From: the human T2T-CHM13v2.0 reference genome, Homo sapiens
Assembly (NCBI RefSeq): GCF_009914755.1
Contig: NC_060932.1
Direction: 5' to 3' (one strand)
Length of the DNA stretch: 64,000 nucleotides
Positions 41,776 to 56,207 of the stretch are shown here, in pieces. The position numbers were made by a program, and so were the translations under genes. The notes below the pieces were generated by a model. The model made no database searches. It was given only the letters and a program-made list of their open reading frames with translations, and had not been told where the DNA came from. Within the stretch, counting starts at the first letter, position 1; each line of letters opens with the position of its first letter.

Positions 41776-42203
41776 CTTGTTGAGATGTATACATTAAATA
41801 TGTATAGCTTTTATATGTCAACCATATCTCCATAAAGTGGCTTAAAAAGACCAAAACAGAAATACGGCCTGTTAATCAGAATGATCTAGAATGATCCTGA
41901 GGAAAAGGACAGAAAACAAAATATGGTACAATGTGACACAATTCCTATCTATTCATAACCTTACTGAATCCAGGCAGTTTAAACCCTTTATAAAACAACC
42001 AGTGACTGAAGATCTACCGCTGTTGGAGTGAGGTTTCCTGGAAGTCTTCTACAGTTGTTAGCCACACTTCTTTTAGGCCTGCTGGATTTGGTTTTCTAAT
42101 AAACAAATAGTTTGGAAAATGAAAGAGATTATGGGGCAAATGGTGGAAAATGGGCATGAACAGAGACAAGATTCAAAGTAGAAACCTCTAAAAGAGAATA
42201 GGG

Positions 42204-42516
42204 TGCCAGGCGCAGTGGCTCACACCTGTAATTTCAGCAATTTGGGAGGCCAAGGTCAGCGGACCACCTGAGGTCAGGAGTTCGAGACCAGCCTGAGCAA
42301 TATGGTGAAACACCACCTCTACTAAAAATACCAAAAAAAAAAAAAAAAAATTAGCCAGACATGGTGGCAGACTCCTGTAATCGCAGCTACTCGGGAAGAT
42401 GAGGGAGGAGAATTGTTTGAACCTGAGAGGCAGAGGTTGCAGTGACCCGGAGATTGCACTGTTGCACTCTAGCCTGGGTGACTGAGAGACTGTCTCAAAA
42501 AAAAAAAAAAAAAAAA
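42204..42516 (+). mobile_element. Alu (AluS-type) with an expanded central A tract
   Basis: Full Alu sequence with a poly(A) tail. Confidence 0.96.
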
Positions 42517-44090
42517 TGAGGAACGGGGAAATAATGGTAGTGATCAACCAATGTCTTCCCGCATTAATTCAGAGCGCACTGACCATTTTCTCTCCTGATG
42601 TCCAGAAACACAGGACACACGCCTGGTGAAATCAAACGGAGCTTGCCAGGTCAGGGATATTGGTACTTAAAAAACAAGGGGGTTGAGAAGTGAGAAAAAG
42701 AGTAAAAGAGTAACAGGCTGAGAAAGGGTCTTCTTAAGGGAATTTTGACATGCCCTATTTCTGGAGCATCTCAATCTAGGTCAGGAAACCCACAAAGCCA
42801 TTCAGTGGGAATGTTGGACAGCTCCTTTAGAGATGGCAAAAGGAACTGGTTGTTCCCACTTTTTTCCCCTAAGAATACCAAATTAAGCAATTTAAAGCAA
42901 TGCCAAATTCATTTCCTTCAGAGGATTCAACTGGGTTTTGCTTCTGCTAAGAGTTAAAATAAATGGAGGACTCATGGGATCCTTACAGTTACGACGACCT
43001 CCTTTGAGCTTAAATAGAACAGGCCAGTCTGTTTCATTTTCTCCAAATAATTGTATCATACATTTTAGGATTCTATTTATAACATACTCCTACTCATTCT
43101 TTCATGTAACCTCCCTCAGCCTCACTTTTCTCCGATGGGATATAAGGGCTGAACACATTGTTCTAACATTTTACAGCACTCTGTATGTATGACTCATGCA
43201 TTTCGCGTATGTGACTTGAAAAATGAAGAGTCAATTTATGGGGATAATTTTCTAAAATGCATTTGGAAATGCTAATGGTTTTGGATATCGCTTTGTTTGA
43301 GTACTTCTCTTACATTAAGCCAGATTTCTTATGTCTTTAGAAAATCATCAGAGAAATGTCTGGGGGTCCCTCTGCAGTTAAGTCTCTTTAACTATGATGA
43401 CTCAGAAGCCAGAAAGCATTACTGCTATTGGGAGAGGCTTTAAATGATCTCTGCCCACAGGGGGACTAAGAAATTTAATAAACCTATTACTTGGAGGAGA
43501 CCAGTTTTGTGTCAATTTGGGCAGAAAGCCATATAAAAGATGTGCTTTTTCTTTTTTTTTGGCATTTTGTGGACATGCAATCCAAATGATTTGTACTGTG
43601 GTGTTTCATTATCTCTGTTTTGTCAAAATTAAATAGAACAATCTGATCAAACAGAGAGTTCCTGACATGTTATGTTTTGAATTGGCTGTTACTCACATTG
43701 TAAGTGAAATCATTTCTCTCATGAACATGTTTTGAGTTTATACAACTGTTCCAAGTCTTATTTTGGAGATTAGGAAAAGCGACAATGAACTCTCATATTG
43801 CAAGAACATGAAAAACGGTTAAAAGAAGGTCTATGTGTGTGTGTATACACACATAAAATAAACACAATAATACCCAGACACAAATATATATGTACACACG
43901 CACATACACATATTTACATAGTTACCAATATTTCTAGAAATTTAATTCAAAAGTTTTGTGCACACGTATATACTATCTGGGGAAAAACAACCAACTATGA
44001 AACAAAATAAAATAAAAAAACCCATATGGTATATTTAAAACTGTACCACAGAAGAGTTTTCATTCAACAGTTCTTTAATCAAAACGACCA

Positions 44091-44394
44091 TTTTTTTTTT
44101 TTTTTTTTTTTTGAGATGGAGTTTCACCCTTTCACCCAGGCTGGAGTGAAATGACATGATCTCAGCTCACTGCATCCTCTCCCCACCAGGTTCAAGCCAT
44201 TCTCCTGCCTCAGACTGCTGAGTATCTGGGATTATAGGCACAAACCACCACACCTGGCTAATTTTTGTATTTTTAGTAGAGATGAGGTTTCACCATGTTG
44301 GCCAGGCTGGTCTCGAACTTCTGATCTCAGGTGATCCATGTGCTTAGGCCTCCTAAAGTGCTAGGATTACAGGCTTGAGCAACAATGCCCAGCC
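44091..44394 (-). mobile_element. Alu (AluS-type)
   Basis: Full Alu; TSD-like caaaacgaccattt / caaaattaccacttt. Confidence 0.96.
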
Positions 44395-45054
44395 AAAATT
44401 ACCACTTTCTACAAGTCATTTCTTCCACCCGGAGCGGCACTCATGATTGTCTCTGGCAAAGGCCTTCTCTCTCCCTGACAATGATTTTTCTCCCTCTGGC
44501 TCTCTTTTTTCTGGGAGCACTCTCTGAGGCACCATCATGCTCCACACCAGTGGCCATAAGCATCCCTCTTGGTGACATCATCCACTCCTGCGACTCTAGC
44601 CACGGCCTTTAGCTTTTTCCTTGTGCCCTCCTATAGTCAATTTTTTAAATGAAAAAATAATTTCTAGTCTCCTGAGCCCTCCCACTCACTCCAGCTTGGC
44701 TCATTCTGCTTTCCAGCCTCTTCAGGTGCACATCGCCCCCATCCCCTGCTTTCTACACCCAGAAACAGCTGACTTCATGCAGGGCGCCATGCAAAGCCCC
44801 ATGTGCCCTCCTGACTCACATCATCCCATGCGCTGTCCCTTACCTGGAGATCAGCAGAAATATCTGCCCTGCATCCCACCTACTCTGCACCTGCCTGGTC
44901 GTTTCTGGCTCTCCTTTAAATTTCAGATCATGTGTTGCAGTCTCAGGGAAGCCTGCCCTGATCTCTAAGATCAGGCAGCTCCTCCTTGGCTATGCCCTCT
45001 CCTGACACGCCAGACTTACCCTTTGCAGACATTTTCAAAATAGTAATGACTTGG

Positions 45055-45595
45055 TATAAGGCACATGGCTGTGCTTTGGTCAGATAGGCTGAGGTAGGAT
45101 GTTTATATCCTCTGTGACTCAGCGAGTCTGTAGCACAGGCGTGTAACTCCATTTGGTATCACAGCCATGTAGCCATAACATGGGAAGCCCATGACTTGGC
45201 CCTAAGCCGCTCTTGTCTGTGGAAGGTATAATCGCCCTGCTGACGCCGTACAGGCACACTGGTGCCCAGAGAAAGAGAGAGAGCCAAAGCTGTCCGTCTG
45301 CAAAGATGGTCGGGGGGAGCCAGGCCACAGCTCGGCTTGGTTTATTCCCAGAGAGAGAAAGACTTAAGCTGCTGACCCTGAAGGCAAGGGAGAGCCACCC
45401 ACGCAGCCGTGTGTAAGGCAGCTGCCAGAGTAAGCAGCCGAGACACGGTGGACAGTGTGAGGAAGCTGCTGATGAGAGCTGCTACTGAATAAAATCAACT
45501 TTCACCTGCCTACGCCCCACAGAGTGTTCTTTCTGCTCATCCCCCAACTCTCTTCAGATCTCACCATGACATTTGGTGTAGTCTTGAACCGGACA
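45055..45595 (+). mobile_element. ERVL-class solo LTR (LTR18-like), inserted in L2-like sequence
   Basis: Perfect 5-bp TSD cttgg (45050-45054, 45596-45600); TA(TG)...CA ends; AATAAA near 45488; 5' end resembles remembered LTR18. Confidence 0.75.
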
Positions 45596-45837
45596 CTTGG
45601 TGATTTGTATAGTTATTTGCTTAATGTTAGTCATTTTTGCGAGATTGAAGCCTGTCCTATTCTCACGGTCTCTCTGGCACGTAACAGAGTGCTGGGCATG
45701 TGGTAGGCACTCAATGCACATTGGCTGAATAAGCCAAAGAGGTCTCTTCACCCACACTCCCAGAGCCCTAGGCCAGTCCCACATCATAAAGTAGAAATGA
45801 CTATATGAAACCCTCGATGTTATGATGCCAGCTAGGG

Positions 45838-46266
45838 TGCTTATACTTCGGATATTTTGTCTCCTCCAAATCTCATGTTGACATATGATTGCCGGTATTG
45901 GAGGTGGGGCCCTGTGGGAGGTGTTGGTGTCATGGGGGCAGAACCCTCATGAATGAATGGCTGGTGCCTTCCCCATGGTAATGAGTAAGTTCTCACTCTT
46001 AGTTTACTCCAGAGCTGGTTGTTTAAAAGAGCCTAGCATTCCCCCCTCTCCTCTCCTTTGCTCCCCTTCTCACCCTGTGATATACCTGTGCCCACTCTAC
46101 CTTCTACTGTGAATAAAAATTTCTTCAGGCCCTTACCAGAAGCCAAGCAGGTGCTAGCCCCGTTTGGTACAGCCTGTGGAATTCTGAGCCAAATAAACCT
46201 CTGTTTTAAAAATAAATTACCCAGTCTCAAGTATTCCTATATAGCACCGCAAAACACACTGACACA
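45838..46266 (+). mobile_element. MST-type MaLR solo LTR
   Basis: ttgtctcctccaaatctcatgttg...ggaggtggggcc...gagccaaataaacctctgtttt...aattacccagtctcaagtattcctatatagca...acactgacaca. Confidence 0.9.
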
Positions 46267-47317
46267 AGTGCCTTTGTGGCTAAACAGTGTCATAGTTGGA
46301 TAAACCCTGTACCTTTGTACAGAAACTAGATAAGTGAGGAGATAAATGGTGGTAGGACAATGACCAGGGCTCCATATTCTCAGAGGACCCAGGTCCCTGC
46401 ATGCACACATAATCCTGAGGACACTATTCACATGGAATGATTTCCTCCAAAGCCTTAGACCTCAGCACCCCTGACTGGAGATGCCTTATCTCCTTATCTT
46501 AATAACCTCTATGGGAATCAAAAGACCCCATAACTCACTTGCCCTAGAAACGTCCTCAATTCCCACTCCCCACATCTGTCTGTTTGTCATGAAGCTCCTC
46601 AGCAGGTGTTTGGCACACAGCCACCCCTTGTTTCAGGATTTCTGGAGGCCACAGGCTCTCAGATGTATATTTCTGGTTGCACTCAAAAAGACATGACTAG
46701 AGGCGACCAAAGCAGGGCTCAGGGAGTGCACAGCACTCTCTCACTCCAGGGACCCCTCCTCCATTTAGATTTGCACCGTACGCATTAGGTCACTAAGTCA
46801 CATGTGTTCCACCTGCAAAGTACGCTTCTCGCTTCTCTTCCAGCTACACACTGCCTGTGTTCCCGTCCAAACCCTGGTGTCTCTCCTTGTGCTGTAGGGA
46901 AACTCTCCTGCGTGTACTTGTGCTCCCTGCCCCTCTCTGCTCTAAACCACATTACATAACTCTGATATGAAATACCACAAACATAATCAAACATATATAA
47001 ACAACGTATGAGTGTGAGACACCTTACTGGGCCCTGAAGACATGCGTGTGAGTGAGTAGAGGCACCCACAATCTTTGAGAGCAGAGTAGCCCTGGGTGAC
47101 GGATGTCACACATGAGACATCACCAAGTGGGGAGTACAGGTTGCTGTGAGTGTCTGCAAGAGAGGATTTAAACTTCTCTTGGATGGCAGTTTCCTTGGAG
47201 ATGTGATATCCACATTGTGACTTACCATGTGTCTGGCTAGACAGGGGCTGGGGAGTTCATTATCTAGAGCAGTAATCACCTGAAAATTCATGGGGAAGCT
47301 AAATCACAGCACTGCCC

Positions 47318-47632
47318 TTTTCTCTTTCTTTTTTTTTTTTTTTTTTTATTTTGAGAGACATTCTCACTCTGTTGCCTAGGCTGGAGTGCAGGGGCACCAT
47401 CTTGGCTCAGTGAAACCTCTGCTGCCTGGGTTCAAGGGATTCTCATGCCTCAGCCTCCCAAGTAGTTGGGATTAAGGTGACTGCCACCACACCCAGCTCA
47501 TTTTCGTATTTTTAGTAGAGACAGGGTTTCACATGTTGACCAGGCTGGTCTCGAACTCCTGACCTCAGGTGATCTGCCCACTTCGGCCTCCCAAAGTTCT
47601 GGGATTACAGGCATGACCCACCATTCCTGGCT
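47318..47632 (-). mobile_element. Alu (AluS-type)
   Basis: Full Alu; TSD gcactgccctttt on both sides. Confidence 0.96.
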
Positions 47633-48207
47633 GCACTGCCCTTTTTTCTAAAAATATTTTTCATAGCTTTCAAACACCCTTAAAAAGAGGTCAACTGTCT
47701 TAGTACTGAAGACCCTTTATAATATGAATCGATTTGTTTCTAGCCTCATTTCTTATCACGCCCTTTCGTGAACCTTGTGTTCTGCCCATGTGGTGGCGAT
47801 CACTCCCTCGACTGTCTGCTGTGCTCCTGCTTTCGCCCTTGATCCTGTGCAGTCAATCTATGCTAGCCCCACGGACTCACTTTTGCCTGTGTAAATCCTT
47901 CCCAAATTTCCAAGGTTTTTCAGAAGACATCCCTTCCAGAGACCTTTCTCTCCTTGTCTTTAATAGACTTAACCACTCCTACCTTTACAGCATTTGTTTC
48001 ATAGGCTTCCCTGGAAGTTACTGTGTGTCTTACATTATTAATGGTTGTGTAGAGGTCTACCTCACCTCTGCACTCTGAGACCACTGAGGTCATTGGTGCT
48101 AACTCAGACATCTTCCTCTTCTTTGTAGTATTCTGTATGCACTAAAGCCTTAACAAGTCAATTCTAAATGGTTTCTTTACTTTTATTTTTGCTCCTAATG
48201 TAAGTTA

Positions 48208-48337
48208 TTAAGAGAAGTGAACCCTAAGATGATAAAGCATTAAGAACAGTAAGAGAATGCTGCTCTTGTCCTCTCATGCCCAGTGGCTTCCCATCAGCAC
48301 TGCAGCCTTGCAGGTGGGGGCGCCCAGGGGGTGAGAT
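48208..48337 (+). repeat. Local direct duplication C, copy 1 (partner 50313-50441)
   Basis: ttaagagaagtgaacc.taagatgataaa.cattaa ... cagcactgcagccttgc.ggtgg ... gcccag.gggt.agat; about 24 substitutions in 130 bp by manual count. Confidence 0.92.
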
Positions 48338-50312
48338 CTGGCATCCTCCTTTTGTTTGCCCCAGCATAGCTCCAGAGTCCTACGGGTGGAGACAGGTCTC
48401 AGGAATCCAGTGGGGACACACCTTCACCATTGAGGAAGGAGAAAGAGGAGGATAACAGCACTTGTGAGAGATAGGGTATGAGAGTCCATCTCAAACATGA
48501 CAGACTTGAGAGAAGGCTGTAAAAATGGCCTGGATGCCAGCAAATCAGGCATCAGGAATTAACCCAGAGGTCAGGCAGAGAGGATCATTTGGGAGAGGAT
48601 GTGACAAAGCCCATCTTCTTAAGCTTAAGGACTACGTGCCAGGGAATTGCTCAGAACTCAAGCCTGGGAAATGGCTCAGACAGACAAGTAATTCGATAAG
48701 ACAGTCGAGAGACAGTGGCCCTGATGGCATTTCTCTGTGGGTGTGTACTTTGGGCCTCCTGTCCACAGAAGGGACAGAGGAATGAGGCCAGCACAGTGGT
48801 GCGCTTTCTTCTGCCGGATGAGAGAGCTGTCATGCCCCACCTGGAAATCTCCTCACAGGCCTTTCAATGTGGGAGGACCCTCCACGGGTGACGCAGATCA
48901 CACTGGTATTAAAAATCTTGGTTGCAACAAGCTAATCTGGATCCAAGTCAGTGACCTGGAAAACGAAACCTCCAAGTGCCTGTTTCTAACCCTTGGCTGT
49001 ATCCAATGTCCTGGTACCTGGGTTACTACTGTCTGTGAAGACAGGCCTCTCAGGCTTGCCAACAGGAAGAAACAAACAGGGAGACACCCTTTGCCTCCTA
49101 TAATACTTGGACATTTGAAACAGGGAGCAGTCGGCACTGGAAATGGATATCCATATCATATTTTGACTATCAAAAAAGGCAGTGTCGCCAAACACAGAGA
49201 TCTCTATAATAAATTCCACGCACAGTCGATACTCAAAGACTGATAATAAAGAAAATAATTTAAAAAAAAAACATGGTAACAATTTATTTTGGGTTCACTG
49301 ACAATTTTCTCTTGATATTATTTTTAGCATACATATTCTTTAGGAATATCATTAAAAAACACATTTTTCTCCTTAATCTTGGGATAAGAACAAGTCTTAT
49401 CCTAGCTCATTCCAAGAGCCTGAAATGAGTCTACCATTTTCTTTTTTCTAGCAAATTTCTTATATCACTTGATAGACGGACGCAGACCTTGTTCAGTCAG
49501 CTGGTAAGATATCCAACGAGTCCGACGGCAACAGATGCAGCACGGCTAATGCAATCATATGGGTCCCCAGGCGAAAAGACCAGCAGCCCTCAACATCTGA
49601 GATCATATGAGCTCTCATAACTCCGGAGCTCTTCAGCTGCTTTTCAGCATCACTGCCTGCCTCCTGCAGACCCACTTAAACCTCACTCAAGTACAGTAGC
49701 CGTGGGGTTCCGCTGAGGCTGCTGTGTCTCCAGCTGGTCTGTCTGTGCTGTGCTTCTTAGGTCACGCTGCCATCGTAGAAAGCAAGTTCATTCCATGCAC
49801 AGGCTCTGGACTGAGGCCAAAAAGCAGCTCAGGCTCTTTTATGAAAACCAGCCGCCTTTCTCCCCGACCTGCACACTCTGCAATGGTGTGGTCATTACGA
49901 ACACGGACAGTGGAGTCATACTGACCTGGGTCCAAACACAACCATGTCCTTTCCCATGTGGGTGACCTCAGGCCTTTACTCAGCCCTCCTAAACCTCAGA
50001 ATTGTTCATTGTGTGAATAACGATATGTGCTACTGCAGACTGCAAGCTGCTGCTGTTCTCTCAAGCATCTTTTTCTACTTCCCCCAACCTAACTAAGGCT
50101 GAGATTTTGCTCTGATCCTCACTTTATCCCATAACATCCAAAGCTGATTGCTGACCTTATCCAAATACGAGTGTGTGGATCTATCTCTCAACTATGTTTT
50201 ATATCCACTTGCATATATATTCACACAATGCATACTGTATATGATATATGGTATACAAGTAATACCTATATATTATGTATATTATACAGTGTATGTCTAC
50301 ATATACTTTGCG

Positions 50313-50441
50313 TTAAGAGAAGTGAACCTTAAGATGATAAAACATTAATAACACTCAGAGAACAGTGCTCTCATCTTCTCACGTACACGGGCTTCCACCA
50401 GCACTGCAGCCTTGCGGGTGGAAATGCCCAGTGGGTCAGAT
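50313..50441 (+). repeat. Local direct duplication C, copy 2
   Basis: Collinear with 48208-48337; preceded by a TA-rich tract. Confidence 0.92.
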
Positions 50442-52189
50442 AAATAAATACGTCTATTTATTTATATATCATGGTAAAAAGTTAAAAAGTTTCCCAACTT
50501 CTTAGCTTTTTTCCACTTTACATTAATGATGTGAACATTACACGTCATGGGATGCTGAACTTTTAAATATTTCATATGTCTTTGCAGTTCCAAACTCCAT
50601 GAATGCACCAGGTATACAAAACAGAATCAATCTTTGACCCCGAGTATAGACAGCTACGGTCCATATGATTTAGAGTCATATATTTAAAGACAGGCCAAAA
50701 TGTGTGTCTTCAAAGATAGCAGAGAGGGGGTGGACAGTAAGGTAGGAGAACTAAAGCCCAGAAATTAAGGGAATCTTTAGGAAGAGTGGTTCCTGGCATA
50801 GACAACCATACAGTGGCCAATGGCAACAAGGCGGAGACGTATTCCCGGGCCAAGTGAATATCATGATTGAGCTAGGTGGTTGGTTCACCTTCCCACTCAG
50901 TGAATAATCCAACCTAACTGTGGAAGCTCATCTTCAATATGATTGGGAAATTCCAAACACCCAGCCTTTAAGGAGTAACATTCCTTTAGATCAATCCATG
51001 TTTATAAATGTTTTAAATTGATTACTGTAACCAGAAAATATATTTCCAACATATTTTTTTCTGAAAATTTCTAGTTTATGCCATAAACAAGAATATAAAA
51101 TAGCATGAGACAATTTATAAGAAAGTCCAAATGGCTCAGACACTGCTAAACAGAAACAAGAGTACTTTAAGTTCAACACAGAGTGTAACATTAAATAGAA
51201 GCAGGAATTGACCATATTTTATTTTCACTTGCTCCAGAAGCTCAGAACTTTTAAGTGTTGTGTTATTGCTCCTTTCCAGCCAGTCTAGCAAAGTTATGTA
51301 ATTTCTTTATTAACACGCAAACCAAACGGATGTATCCCACATTATTGACACACTCTCAGAAATCGTAAGGCTTGTCCTAAGTTTTGCTGGTAACTTGCTA
51401 ATCCATTACTTCCTTGGTGGATAGTCTAAAAGAAAAAATGCACAGGCTCTAGGAAATGTCCATCCTAGAGCACCACTTCTTTGAAGGAGGGTCTACTTAG
51501 CACTCACTGCTTTTCAAGAATCTGCTGTGTTCCGATGGAAGGTGAATGGAACAGGAAAGGCCTGGCGGATTCCCGCACAGCAGGCCCACAGCACACCTGG
51601 GGAGGGCGTTAGTTGCTTTTGGACAGGCAGGTGTGTTTGGTTAGAAAGTCAGTCAGGAAAAGTCAGAGTTGAGCAAACTAATTAAAGAGATGACTTTTCC
51701 TTATTAGTTACTATACAGTTAAATTGATTAAAAGATGAAAACTTACAATTTCCCCTTGCCATGATTTTACAAGCTTTTAATGTTCACAGACATGTTGGTG
51801 ACACCTACAACACTCGAAGGCAATTTGATCATCACCATGATTCTTCCATATATATCAGTAACAAACTATAGCTAAATAGTGGTCTTTAGTTAAAATCATT
51901 TTGAGAAAAATTGCAAATATGTTAAAATAAAGTTGTACCAAATTAGATAACAATATCCATTAAATACTATGTTAAAAAGCATTCAATGACACAAAAGAAT
52001 ATGTCAGATACATCCAATTCCAGTGTAAAGTGACAGGCTGAACTCATTGTTTTTCTTCCACAGTTGTTGAGAAAATAGAGGATAAAAAAATAAGAAAAAA
52101 TATAATATCATTAAAATTAGTGACAAAAATACACCTAGTTTTCTATGTGCTTTCCTTTACAGATATGTACACGCAGATATAAAAGTGAA

Positions 52190-52530
52190 GTATCTATTTA
52201 TACATCATTTAAAATCCACTTTTTTCCATTAAGAGAATGTTATAGCTCTTTGTATATCTATATATATATGATGTGTGAATTCTGTGAACTATTCCATTGA
52301 GTGAACATACCATTACTTATTTAACCAATGTCCTGCTATGGCAATTTGGTATTATTTCTCACAGTCTCATAAGTTTTATAGCACATCACCTTACGATGCA
52401 TGTGTGTTGAATCAGCACTTTTATTTCACAGGATGGACTCCTAGAAGAAAAACGTATGTGTCAGAAGGGATGTAGCTCTTCAGGACTTTTGAGAAATGCC
52501 TATTGCAATATTGCTCTTTACAAAAAATAG
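52190..52530 (-). mobile_element. Old L1M (L1ME-like) fragment
   Basis: tattccattgagtgaacataccattacttatttaaccaatgtcc...ggactcctagaag. Confidence 0.55.
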
Positions 52531-52833
52531 GCTTTGGGAAGAAGCCTTTGAAAGGCACTCTGTGAATTCATACAGTGACCTGCCTTTTTCTTCCTTTTTT
52601 TAGATCCGGCCAATTTTCTACCTTTGCTGTGATTCCTGATCAGGGAAGGCTTGCGTCTCTATTTCCAGATTACTCCCTTCTTTCCATCAGAGCGATTGGC
52701 ACAGCTGTCTCCAGCAGGAGACTAAAGGCTACCTGCAGCCCTGGCCTATGCCACACTCATACAGGTCCCTCTCCCATGATTTTGAAACATTTCTACACAT
52801 GGCTTCTTTCCTTGGTGCAAGAAAATACTAGGC

Positions 52834-53247
<414 letters not shown>

Positions 53248-53578
53248 TCATGACTGACTGTCGCCCCAACACCTTGTGATCTAATTTCATGTCACTGTAA
53301 CCATGATGGTAGCTCTCTTTCCCTTCCATTGCCTACTCCATTCCCCGCCAAACCCATACTTAATTGCAGTTTTTCTTTATACTCTCTCAACCATTATATA
53401 TTTAGCAGCTGACCTAAGAAAAGATAAAGGAGGAAAAACAAATGGTCCTGTAGCTCATATTTTTTAGTCTCATAGCATTTTGCAGGATTAAATTAATCAT
53501 TTTCAGATAGCTTGGTGAATCTCCGAATTCAATAGGAGGTAAGCAGAAATTGCCCAGTGCATGTTAATTTGGACAGTT

Positions 53579-53639
53579 TCTCTCTCTCTCTCTCTGTCAG
53601 TGTGTCTGTGTGTGTGTGTGTGTGCGTGCGTGTGTGTGT
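53579..53639. repeat. (CT)n/(GT)n compound microsatellite
   Basis: Directly visible. Confidence 0.93.
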
Positions 53640-54755
53640 TTCATTTGCATGTCTGTGGTGGACAATAGTCTTGGGGGTATTGTATTCTCAGCATCTTGAA
53701 AAACTGTATCCAAATTGTGAACAAAAAATAAAACATTTCAACACACTGGAATTATGACTTGGTGCACTTTGGGGAAAAACGATGACTACTCTTTTTGGGG
53801 CCAGCTACTTTGGGGTTTTGAAATCGTGTTTGGCTCCGTGAGCCACTCTTGCTTTGAGGTTAGGTCCAGAGGCTGCACCTGCTGGTGCTTCTGGAAGCCT
53901 TGCTTACTCTCAGGGATAACAGACAAAGAAGAATGCTTAGAAATTCAGACGGCATTGCTTCACACTCTGCAAAAAGAGTTTACAAAGGAGAGATTTCATT
54001 CAAAATGCTTTTTGCAGATGATAGCAAGTTCTTCTCTCAGTTGCTGGTCGGGGGGCAAGCAGGGCCAGGCCAATTCTCAAGCTCTCGAACACACAACAGT
54101 TTGGAGCTTCTGCTCATTTGGGTGACTGGATAGCATCACCATTGCAGAAACACAGCCCTAGAGACCTGGAGAGCCTCAGGGGCAGGGAGTCAGGCAGCAT
54201 CAAGTTGGAGAAAGGTGACAGAAGCCAGTGCTGAATCACCCCCAGGAAGCAAAACACAGGAGGAAGAGAACGGAGAGGCCCCTAAAGACCTCGAGGTAAA
54301 AGCAGACAAAACACAAGATTCAATGACATTGACTGTGTGTGTTCAAATGACAGCATCATGCTCTCTCCATTGCAGGAAAGAACTCTGGGAACCCTTTACT
54401 ATGAGGCAGAATGATCCGTTCAATACATTCTCACTCCTTGTCCTTGCTTTGCCCACTTTTGAATCTGCCACAGTCCTGATCTGACCCAGATATGAGCAGG
54501 AGAAAAATAGCCCACAGGCAACTCAACAAGCCGTGTAATGTCTACTGGCATTCAGCAATTACAGCATTTATCCAATTCTGGGCTGGTGAGAATCCATACC
54601 CTCCTTTGAAATGGATCTAAAGAGGAGCTTCTAGTGCGAGCATCTGAGTCTGCCATTATGCTACCAATCCAGGCGGTTGATATTAGGGTGATTTTGTGTG
54701 AGTGCTCTAAACTGTAAATGAACACCTCCTTTTCTCCTTGAATTCTCAGAAAGGG

Positions 54756-54758
<3 letters not shown>

Positions 54759-54804
<46 letters not shown>

Positions 54805-55342
54805 TATAATACACACACATATTTATATATAGATATATACATATATTTAGACATACATATGTACATATATTTAGACATACATATGTACATATATTTAGAC
54901 ATACATATGTACATATATTTAGACATACATATGTACATATATTTAGACATACATATGTACATATATTTATATATACATATGTACATATATACATATATTT
55001 ATATATACATATATACATATATTCATATATTTATATATATACATATATACATATATCTATATATACACATATATACATACATTTATATATACACATATAT
55101 ATACATATATACACATATATATACATATATACACATATATACATATATACATATATATACATATATACATATATATACATATATACACATATATTTATAT
55201 ACATATATACACATATATTTATATACATATATACACATATATTTATATACATATATACATATATACATACATTTATATATACATATATACATATATATAC
55301 AAATATATACACACACACATATATATATATACACACACATAT
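54759..55342. repeat. ~580-bp TA/CA-rich tandem array with a 24-bp higher-order unit
   Basis: atatatttagacatacatatgtac occurs 5 times perfectly at 54841-54960, followed by variants. Confidence 0.97.
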
Positions 55343-55479
55343 CAAACATACCTTCATTCAGCAAATATTGAACGAATGTCTGGTCTATAAAGCACCATGA
55401 CAGCCAACTGGAAGTCTGTGTTTAAGCCATCTTACAGCACCTCCCAACCCCCTCCTCTGCACCACATCCTTAGTGCATT

Positions 55480-55812
55480 CAGGGTGACAATGAAAATATC
55501 ACAGATGAGGGCTGATAAAAGACATGTTTATGGCTCACAGTTCTGGGGTCTGGAGGTTCACTATCAAGGTGCCAGTGGATCCCACTTCTGGGAAGGACTG
55601 GATTCCTGATTCAGAGGCAGGACCTCCTCCCTGTACCTTCCCATGACAGAAGGGAAGAAGGGAGCTCTCTGGGGCCTCTTCTATAAGGACACTAATCACA
55701 CTCACGAGGGCTCTGTCCTCACAACCTCATCTCTTCGCCAAGTCTCCACCTTCTAATAGCATTAGGATTTCAACATGAACTCTAGGGGGACACTGACATT
55801 TAGACGATGGCA
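55480..55812 (-). mobile_element. MaLR LTR (MLT1A/B-like)
   Basis: ctcacagttctggggtctggaggttc...tctctggggcctcttctataaggacactaatc...ttaggattttcaacatgaac...gggggacac. Confidence 0.85.
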
Positions 55813-55889
55813 TGTACTCACATAATCTGTCACCAAAGTGTGAAACTAGCTTGTGTTTTAGATTCTCCATGCATAATTTGGGGATATAA

Positions 55890-56207
<318 letters not shown>

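Noticed and set aside
54552-55371. Long repetitive Y/I/H/M ORFs on both strands
   Set aside because: They are translations of the TA/CA tandem array.
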